Part shown: in pieces, positions 57,204 through 64,000 of the stretch | How the letters are laid out: the number at the start of each line of letters is the position of its first letter | How positions within the stretch are numbered: the stretch's first letter is position 1 | Source of the DNA: Candidatus Colwellbacteria bacterium | GTDB taxonomy: Bacteria > Patescibacteriota > Minisyncoccia > UBA6257 > Colwellbacteraceae | Direction: 5' to 3' | Length of the DNA stretch: 64,000 nt | Assembly: GCA_016176505.1 (NCBI GenBank) | Contig: JACOXB010000006.1 | Span: 7,240-71,239 of the forward strand | The notes under the pieces: model-generated | Told to the model about the DNA's origin: nothing | Database searches by the model: none | Seen by the model: only the letters and a program-made list of their open reading frames with translations | Translations under genes and position numbers: made by a program

Positions 57204-57590
57204 GGAGGCAATCCGTAAGCCGGATTCTGTCGAGGACAGTAATTTATCTAGCTCTTCGATCGCTCTCAGAGTCAAGCGGCACTATCCGACCGAAGTCGGA
57301 CCACGGCCTTGCACTCGGGTAAGGTTTTAGCCGTTTCACTCCAGTCTTTTTATCCCTATAACTGGATTAGGCCGTCTACGTTGGGATCGGGCCTGTCCGA
57401 CCCTTGCAAGTCGGACCGTCACTGTTCGCACCTCTATCCTTACGGACGACGGGCATTACCCGCTACCTTTCTCCGACTATAGTCGGAGTGAGTGTCCGGA
57501 CTTTCCTCCCCATCCTCGAGCTCTAAGGTAAAGAACGATCTTTATCTGGGTTGGAGCTCGTTAGACAGAGCTACTGCCTGGATTACCTCC
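57204..57590 (-). ncRNA. rnpB: RNase P RNA
   Basis: GAGGAAAGTCCGG (CR-I), GTGAAACGG, ACAGAATCCGGCTTA (CR-V), P1 GGAGGTAATCC/GGATTGCCTCC; hairpin downstream at ~57168-57203. Confidence 0.92.
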
Positions 57591-57629
57591 AGCGAGTTTA
57601 TAGCATAGTGGGTTTTAGATTTCAAGATC

Positions 57630-58029
57630 CTAAAATAGCGTATCCAAAGCCTTGTTGACCAGGCGGTCGGCTATTTTTAGCCCGAGGGATCTGGATAAAT
57701 TTCACATTTTTAAAATCCTGCTTTAAATTCCAGATTTCGATAAAAAATGGTTGGAGCTCCTTGTTTTTAATCTTGTACTCGCCATTTAGCTGGCGAGTTA
57801 AGAGTTCGCTGTCGGTTCTGAGCTCAACTTCAGTCGCGGCGGCTCGCTTTCCACCGAGGAGGTGCTTCGCTTTTTTTAAGGCAAAAACAACGGCTTTATA
57901 TTCAGCTACATTATTAGTGGTCTTGCCGATGGCTTCACCATATTCCTTTTCGCCTACGACTGCGCCAATCGCGGCTGGGCCAGGATTGCCTCTGGCGCCG
58001 CCATCGGTGTAAATTATGAATTTACTCAT
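57630..58029 (-). pseudogene. rnhA: Ribonuclease HI family gene with frameshift near the 3' end
   Basis: YTDGGARGNPG, NNVAEY, TDS; conserved ADRLVNKALD lies in another frame after ~57672. Confidence 0.7.
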
Positions 58030-58579
58030 TTCCGATTAGTTTAAGAAAAACTTTATAGGCAGTCCTCGCATCATCAAGAGCGCGATGAGGTTGGCCTTGG
58101 TCAACTCGGAAATATTTAGCCAATTGGCCAAGAGTAAGATTGGGTGCTTCGGGTCGCTCGCCTAATGCCATCCAAGCCAAAGAGAAAATATCCAACCCTT
58201 TATAAAAATAATTAGATGGAAGATCTAAATCTTCAACTGCTTTTTGAAGCCACATCCAGTCAAAGGGGAGATTGTTGGCGACCAGGATCGAATCATTAAC
58301 AAATTCTAAGAACTTTTTAACTCCTTCTTCTTTGGAAACAGCATTTTGCCAGTCTTTTTCATTGTAGCCACTGATTGTGAGAGCCTCGGGGTTCGCATCT
58401 TCAAGGCGTTCGGGCTTGATTTTGATCTCGAATTCGCCTAAAGATTTAAATTCTCTGGCCGAAACCCTAATGGCTCCGAGTTCAATGATCTCGGCTTTCA
58501 AGTCGAGCCTAGTGGCTTCGGTGTCGAAAAAGGATAATTCTCTTTCCGCAAGCGGGATGTCAAAATGTTTATAAGGCAT
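58022..58579 (-). CDS. DEDDh 3'-5' exonuclease (DnaQ-like)
   Basis: FDTEAT, N..FD, HRALDDA. Confidence 0.85.
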   Translation of the reverse strand: MPYKHFDIPLAERELSFFDTEATRLDLKAEIIELGAIRVSAREFKSLGEFEIKIKPERLEDANPEALTISGYNEKDWQNAVSKEEGVKKFLEFVNDSILVANNLPFDWMWLQKAVEDLDLPSNYFYKGLDIFSLAWMALGERPEAPNLTLGQLAKYFRVDQGQPHRALDDARTAYKVFLKLIGNE

Positions 58580-59663
58580 GTTTTTTTCTTAAAGCTTCAA
58601 TCGCGGGCAGTTTTTTGCCGGCCAGAAAATCGAGCATCGCGCCGCCGCCGGTAGATAAAAACAAGTTCCTGTTTTTAGTATCTTGTATTTTGTATCTAGT
58701 ATTAAGTATTCCTAGGGAGGTGATGGTTTCGCCGCCGCCGATGATTGTCCTAGCTACTTTGTTTTTTAAGATCGCTCGAGCGATTGCTTCGGTGCCGTGG
58801 CTGAATTTCTTTTGTTCAAAAAGTCCCATTGGGCCGTTCCAAACAATAGTTTTGGCTTGAGCAATAATTTCGGCATAAAGCGCTCTGGTTTCCGGACCAA
58901 TATCAAGAATTTTGCCACCTTCGGTCAGCCAATCAATTGGAGTGACGATTTTTTTATGATTAATAATCGGCTTCAGTTCACGAAGCAAGGCCGGAGCGTG
59001 AAGCGATTTGCCAATATTAAATCCCCTTCCCGCGAGGAAAGTATTAGCTGGTCCGCCGCCCAAGAGAATCCAATCAGCCTTAGGTAACAAATTTTTAATC
59101 ACACCTAATTTATCTTCGGTTTTAGCGCCGCCGATAATGACTACTAGGGGGTGTCGAGGATTATTTTTAACCCGACTCAAATTTTTAACCTCCGCTTTTA
59201 AAATTGGGCCAGCTTGGCTTGGTAGAAATTTTGTAATAGCGACAACAGAGGCGGCTTCACGATGAGCAGTAGCAAAATCATCATTGATATATCGATCGGC
59301 TAAGGTCGAAAGCTGTCTCGCGAGCGTCTGACTGTTTCTGTTTTCGCCAGGCAAGAAACGCAGGTTTTCGAGAAGAAAAACGCTTCGAGGCGGAGATGCG
59401 GCTATTTTTTGCTTGGCCTTATCGAAATTAAAGTCGGGCATGAAAACGACTTTACGGTTTAGGACCCTTGAAAGGACTGGGACGAATGGACGGAGGCTTA
59501 GGGTCCCATCTTTTCCCTTGGGACGGCCGCGGTGGCTTAAAATCACTACTTTATGACCTCTTTTCTGGATGGCCTTAATGGTCGAAACAGCGGCTTTGAA
59601 CCTGAGGTTATCTTTAAAGTTTTTCTCCTTAATATCGAGATTTAGACGCAAAAGATAAGTCAT
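58569..59663 (-). CDS. pgk: Phosphoglycerate kinase
   Basis: SHRGRP, LLENLRF, GGAK..DK, DIGP, WNGPMG.FE, STGGGA. Confidence 0.9.
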   Translation of the reverse strand: MTYLLRLNLDIKEKNFKDNLRFKAAVSTIKAIQKRGHKVVILSHRGRPKGKDGTLSLRPFVPVLSRVLNRKVVFMPDFNFDKAKQKIAASPPRSVFLLENLRFLPGENRNSQTLARQLSTLADRYINDDFATAHREAASVVAITKFLPSQAGPILKAEVKNLSRVKNNPRHPLVVIIGGAKTEDKLGVIKNLLPKADWILLGGGPANTFLAGRGFNIGKSLHAPALLRELKPIINHKKIVTPIDWLTEGGKILDIGPETRALYAEIIAQAKTIVWNGPMGLFEQKKFSHGTEAIARAILKNKVARTIIGGGETITSLGILNTRYKIQDTKNRNLFLSTGGGAMLDFLAGKKLPAIEALRKKHAL

Positions 59664-59706
59664 ACATTAGTAGTATGTAGTATGTAGTATGTAGTAGCAA
59701 CGGGAT

Positions 59707-59802
59707 AAAAAACACCCCGACCGAAGCCGGGGTGCACCAAGCAAGATGGGCAATCCTTGATTAGTGTGTTAGCACCTCCAGAGATTGCCTAACACTCACT
59801 CT
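59707..59802 (-). ncRNA. Candidate small pseudoknotted RNA with terminator
   Basis: TTGACT-N17-TATACT promoter (59837-59809); stems GTGTTAG/CTAACAC and GCAATC/GATTGC; terminator CACCCCGGC-TTCG-GTCGGGGTG-T6. Confidence 0.55.
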
Positions 59803-59848
59803 AAGTGAAGTATAACAAAAGATAGCTTAAAAGTCAAGCCTTAATTGT

Positions 59849-59990
59849 CTCGGCCAGTTGCTCTTCAGAAGCAGAATATTTTTACTCCAGCGGCAAAAAT
59901 TTCTTCTCCCTCGGCCAGCTCACTCCGACTAGAGTCGGAGACCAAGCCGAGCTAGGCCTGCGGGATGTTCCCTAGAGCAATCTGCCCGAG
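59849..59990 (-). repeat. Structured dispersed repeat family A
   Basis: Reverse-complement core match to 1588-1740 with a different but paired outer stem. Confidence 0.85.
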
Positions 59991-60001
59991 ATTAAGATGC
60001 T

Positions 60002-60628
60002 TTAGTTGCCTTGGGCCCTCTTCCTGAAGACAATAAATTTATAGCCGATGAAGTTCCAGACTAGGGCGGCGAAAGTGGCAAAGAAGGCGGCGAGGTTTGC
60101 TAGGAGAACTACCGCCATGAACGACTCAATGCCTCCGCTAACGATCAAGGGGATTATCCGCAGAGCACCAGCAGCTACGCCCACATTTATTACTAAGCCG
60201 ACTAGGCTGACCCCTAAAAATTCGATAAATTCTGCCTTCTTCTTCGAACCCGCCTCAAAAGTCCAGTATTTGTTCCAAAAATAACTGTTTATAACAGCCG
60301 CGGTAAATGATATCGCTTTAAAAACCCCGAACCAAAAACCAGCTGCGATGCCGCTCATAATAAATAATAAATTGAGGACGCCGAAGTCCACAAAAGTGTT
60401 TAGGCCGCCGACCACAGCAAATTTACCGATTTGCCAGAGGATCTGGAGCCAGCGACTTAAAAATTTAACTATAAAAAGTCCAACAATGGTTAAAAGTCCT
60501 AGGGTTGAAGCGATGCCAATTTGAATAAGGGTTGGAAGACTCGGAACAAGGTTCAGGACAGTGGGAAACGAAAGAACAGCCACGAGAACCGCGGCCAAAA
60601 CACCAACTTTTAAATCTTTCTTAGACAT
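60002..60628 (-). CDS. GtrA family membrane protein
   Basis: KFAVVGGLNT.VD, NSYFWNKYWTF, WNF.GYK..VF. Confidence 0.9.
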   Translation of the reverse strand: MSKKDLKVGVLAAVLVAVLSFPTVLNLVPSLPTLIQIGIASTLGLLTIVGLFIVKFLSRWLQILWQIGKFAVVGGLNTFVDFGVLNLLFIMSGIAAGFWFGVFKAISFTAAVINSYFWNKYWTFEAGSKKKAEFIEFLGVSLVGLVINVGVAAGALRIIPLIVSGGIESFMAVVLLANLAAFFATFAALVWNFIGYKFIVFRKRAQGN

Positions 60629-60635
60629 ATCTATA

Positions 60636-61367
60636 TTATAAACCTTTTATCTTTTTAATTTCTCCTGGCTTTAGGCTCGCGCCACCAACAAGAGCACCGT
60701 CAATCTCTGAGCGAGCTAGGAATGATTTTGCGTTGCGGCTAGTGACTGAACCGCCGTAGAGCACCTTGATAGCTCGTAGCTCGTAGCTCTTAGCCAGTAG
60801 CCATTTTAGATAGGCGATGATTTTAGCGGCTTGGGCAGGCGTGTCAGGCTTGCTTCCCTTCTCCGTACTAATAGCCCAGATGGGCTCATAGACAATTAAC
60901 AAATTCTGTACCCTGTACCTTGTGCCTTGTACCTTGTGCAAATCTTTTTTGAGTTGGTTGCTGAGGAAGCGCTTAATTGCTGCGGGTCCTTGGCGGTGGA
61001 TGGCTTTATCTTCGCCGATACAAAGAATTACTTTAAGGCCGGCTCGAAGTGCGGTCTTCACCTTTTGATTAATTAACTCGTCAGTTTCGTCTAAATAACG
61101 GCGGCGTTCAGAATGGCCGAGAATCACGTATTTAACTTTTAGGTTTTTAAGCTGATCCGGTGAAACTTCGCCAGTAAAAGGGCCGCCTTTATAAAAAGCA
61201 TCTTGGGCGCCAAGGGCGGCGCGTTTGAGAATTCGGCCGACTGATTCAAGATAGGGATAAGGCGGAGCGATAATCGCATTTTTAAAATCACTCGCTTTGG
61301 CTAATTTAACAGCTTCTCGGAGTGTGTTCGGGTTGCTCTTCCAGTTAGCAACGATAAGTTTTGCCAT
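60636..61367 (-). CDS. tpiA: Triosephosphate isomerase
   Basis: ANWK, GHSERR, YEPIWAI, YGGSV, LVGGASL. Confidence 0.95.
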   Translation of the reverse strand: MAKLIVANWKSNPNTLREAVKLAKASDFKNAIIAPPYPYLESVGRILKRAALGAQDAFYKGGPFTGEVSPDQLKNLKVKYVILGHSERRRYLDETDELINQKVKTALRAGLKVILCIGEDKAIHRQGPAAIKRFLSNQLKKDLHKVQGTRYRVQNLLIVYEPIWAISTEKGSKPDTPAQAAKIIAYLKWLLAKSYELRAIKVLYGGSVTSRNAKSFLARSEIDGALVGGASLKPGEIKKIKGL

Positions 61368-61396
61368 TAGTATTCAGTATATCTTATTGGTGATTC

Positions 61397-61981
61397 TTAT
61401 TGCGCCTTGCGCCGCCGGTAAATAAACCAGCCAAGAAAGACTATGAGGGCGACCGCGATTAAGTAATCGAATTTGCGAAAGTAAGGTTCGATCTTAATCC
61501 AGTTTTCGCCCAGGACAAAACCAATATAAGTAAGAAGTAGAGACCAGAGGAAGGAACCGATAAAAGTATAGATTACGAATCGGCCTAGTTTTACTTTAAA
61601 AAGACCGGCTGGGAAAGAAATAAAAGTTCTGACAATCGGAACTAGCCGGCCGATAAAAACCGAGAGCTCGCCAAAACGCTTAAACCAAGCCTCGGCCATT
61701 AGGAAATGCTTTTTACCCTGGAGGCGGGGTTCAAGCGGTCTTGCGAGGGCGTAAGAAATAAGCGAACCTGCCAGATTGCCTAGGGCGCCCACTGTAACGG
61801 CAAACCAAAAATTAAAAGCACCCCGGCTCGCGAGAAATCCGGAAAAAGGCATAATAATTTCCGAAGGAATCGGGATATTAGCGCTTTCAAGGGTCATTAA
61901 GGCGAAAATACCAAGATACCCCCAGCCATTAATAGTGCCTAAGACAAAACTGGAGATTTTTGCGATAAGAGAACCGAACAT
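61397..61981 (-). CDS. DedA family protein
   Basis: LES..IPIPSE..MPF.G, GRLVP.VRTFIS.PAG. Confidence 0.9.
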   Translation of the reverse strand: MFGSLIAKISSFVLGTINGWGYLGIFALMTLESANIPIPSEIIMPFSGFLASRGAFNFWFAVTVGALGNLAGSLISYALARPLEPRLQGKKHFLMAEAWFKRFGELSVFIGRLVPIVRTFISFPAGLFKVKLGRFVIYTFIGSFLWSLLLTYIGFVLGENWIKIEPYFRKFDYLIAVALIVFLGWFIYRRRKAQ

Positions 61982-62976
61982 TAATTCTTCGCGAGGAGCA
62001 GGGCTGCCTCATCCGGATCAACGGGATTGATTTCAATGCCGCTTCCCAGTTCAAAACCGGCCGAAATAGTGGTCCGAGGAATAATTTCAACGTGCCAATG
62101 ATATTGATGATAACGGTTGCGGTTGCGGAGCGGAGCGGTGTGAATATAAAAATTGTAATCCGGCAGCTTAAGTGATCTTTCGAGCTTCTTTAGGGATTTA
62201 CTAAGGACTTCGGCCACGGCTCGAAGTAAGCCATCAGTTGATTCTTCAAAAAACGGGGAATGAGATTTGGGGAAGACTCTCATTTCAAAAGGCTCGCGGC
62301 CGACGAATGGCAAAAAGGCAATAGCATTTTTAGTTTCATACACCACTCGCTTTTTTTCTTTTTTCTCCCAGGCGATCTGAATACAGTGGACACAGGCTTT
62401 ATGTTTTCGAAAATAGTTTTGAGAACCTTCGAGAGAACGGGCAATATCAGGCGGTAGAACCGGAATAGCCAGAAGCTGATAATGGGGATGATAAATTGAA
62501 GAACCGGCTTTAGCGCCCCAGTTTTGAAAAATAGAAATATAGGTTAATTTCTGGTCACGACTTATAGCGAGATAGCGTTCTTTAAAAGTTTGAAAGACGA
62601 GAGCGGCTTCGCTCGGTTTCAGCCTAGGAAAATTATTAAGATGATCGCGAGTAACAATGACTTCGTGGTAGCCAAAAGCCGGAAGAGTGGCAAACGGACC
62701 TCGCTTCTTTATTTTCGGCGACCTACTGCCTGACGGTGAAGGCATGACTGCCGGGTAAATATTCGGGATTACTTGGATGCGCCAATTTTTACCCTTAGGG
62801 TGCTTAAGAATAGCCTCGCGGTTATTTTTCTCTTCCCAATTTTCGAGCGGACAATCTTTCTTCGACGGGATAAGTCTTTTTCCCGTTTCTTTAAACTGTT
62901 GAACCCTTCGGTGGCGGCCTGGAGCAATTAGAATCCAGTCTCCAGAAACTAAATCTTGTCTTAATTCAGGATTCAT
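61981..62976 (-). CDS. GalT-like HIT-superfamily nucleotidyltransferase
   Basis: ELRQD..SGDW, GYHEVI, N.G..AGSS..HPH.Q, HWH.EI.PR, GFELG. Confidence 0.85.
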   Translation of the reverse strand: MNPELRQDLVSGDWILIAPGRHRRVQQFKETGKRLIPSKKDCPLENWEEKNNREAILKHPKGKNWRIQVIPNIYPAVMPSPSGSRSPKIKKRGPFATLPAFGYHEVIVTRDHLNNFPRLKPSEAALVFQTFKERYLAISRDQKLTYISIFQNWGAKAGSSIYHPHYQLLAIPVLPPDIARSLEGSQNYFRKHKACVHCIQIAWEKKEKKRVVYETKNAIAFLPFVGREPFEMRVFPKSHSPFFEESTDGLLRAVAEVLSKSLKKLERSLKLPDYNFYIHTAPLRNRNRYHQYHWHVEIIPRTTISAGFELGSGIEINPVDPDEAALLLAKN

Positions 62977-62983
62977 AAGGAAT

Positions 62984-63155
62984 TTGAGTTTTTGGTAACC
63001 CTCAGGTAATTGCTCTTCGGAAGCAGAATATTTTTACTCCAGCGGTAAAAATTTCTTCTCCCTCGGCCTGCTCGCTCCGACTAGAGTCGGAGACCAAGCC
63101 GAGCTAGGCCTGCGGGATGTTCCTTAGAGCAACTTACCTTCGACCAAAAACTCAA
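62984..63155 (-). repeat. Structured dispersed repeat family A
   Basis: Core match plus extended outer stem TTGAGTTTTTGGT/ACCAAAAACTCAA. Confidence 0.85.
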
Positions 63156-63156
63156 T

Positions 63157-63999
63157 TTATCGAAGTCTATTTTCATAATACCACCTAAAGACATCTCGGG
63201 CGATGGGGACAGCGTTCAGGCTTCCCTCTCTCGCGTCTTCAACAAGAATCAAAATCGCAATCTGGGGATTTAGAGCCGGGGCGTAACCAATAAAAAGGGC
63301 GTTGGTTTTGGTATTACTAGCGATCTGGGCGCTTCCGGTTTTAGCCGCAATCGACATCGGGACATCATTAAGGGCGTGAGCCGTGCCATAAGTTTCGGTG
63401 ACCGCATCAATCATCCCCTCTTCGACTTCACTAAGAGCCGAGCGCCACTCGCCTACATCGAACAAGAGCTCTGGCGAATCGGTTTTCTTAATATGGGGGA
63501 CATAGGCTTGGCCGCCAGTCGCAATTGCGCTTGTGGCAGATAAGAGCTCGATCGGCGTTAAGAGCAAATCTCCCTGACCGATCGAGACGTTATAAGTATC
63601 ACCCACCCGCCAGATCTGGCCAGTTCTTGATTCTTTTTCTTCCGGACTCGGCAAAAAGCCAGCCGCCTCACCGGGTAAATCAATACCGGTCTTTTTATCA
63701 AAGCCGAACTTTTGCCAATATTGCCTTAGTTTTTCAATGCCTACGCCGCGAATATTCTCAAAACCGCCGCCGACAGTGTAGAAATAAACGTTGGAAGAAC
63801 GGGCTAAGGCCGAACGTAAATTAACCCAGCCATGAGCTTTCCAGTCGAGAAATCGGCTCGGTTGATCCGGGAAATAAGGATTTGGGATTTCGATATAACC
63901 AGCTGAGTAAACTGAGGTTTCTGGGCTGACTACGCTTTCGCCGAGAGCCGCTATGGCATGAACCGGTTTAATGGTTGAACCAGGAGCGTAAAGACCGGA
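63157..63999 (-). CDS. mrdA: Penicillin-binding protein 2 (class B), 5'-truncated by window edge
   Basis: PGSTIKP (SxxK), SSN, SIGQG, KTGSAQ. Confidence 0.85.
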   Translation of the reverse strand, partial: SGLYAPGSTIKPVHAIAALGESVVSPETSVYSAGYIEIPNPYFPDQPSRFLDWKAHGWVNLRSALARSSNVYFYTVGGGFENIRGVGIEKLRQYWQKFGFDKKTGIDLPGEAAGFLPSPEEKESRTGQIWRVGDTYNVSIGQGDLLLTPIELLSATSAIATGGQAYVPHIKKTDSPELLFDVGEWRSALSEVEEGMIDAVTETYGTAHALNDVPMSIAAKTGSAQIASNTKTNALFIGYAPALNPQIAILILVEDAREGSLNAVPIARDVFRWYYENRLR

Positions 64000-64000
64000 A

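Noticed and set aside
1-64000. Alternative genetic code (TGA recoding as in Gracilibacteria)
   Set aside because: Conserved genes are intact under code 11 and several end at TGA.

Overview
64 kb of an AT-leaning chromosome from what looks like a Patescibacteria (CPR, Parcubacteria-like) bacterium; this is inferred from gene content, apparently leaderless genes and typical small membrane proteins, and the genetic code is standard code 11. Core genes include ftsX, lysA, dnaX, scpAB, mraY, ftsW, murG, murC, gltX, rpmA, rplI, def, fmt, pgk, tpiA, a PBP2, two tRNA-Gln genes and RNase P RNA. Accessory content includes an ArsR-thiol-redox operon, an ECF sigma/anti-sigma pair facing an S-layer-like gene, a defence-like islet (AbrB, EcoRI-family MTase, DUF262-HNH, Clp-fold protease) and seven GC-rich one- or two-gene islets. 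The most notable unexplained signals are mostly non-coding: (1) a ~540-nt GC-rich, almost fully base-paired transcript unit (8042->7502) with its own sigma70-like promoter and terminator; (2) a four-helix-bundle gene bracketed by inverted heptamer arrays, with similar ~5-unit heptamer tracts inside core genes; (3) a ~95-nt pseudoknotted RNA upstream of pgk; (4) several dispersed repeat families, one with covarying stems, plus tRNA-3'-end repeats that delimit gene cassettes. All family assignments are from motif recognition by eye; no searches were run.
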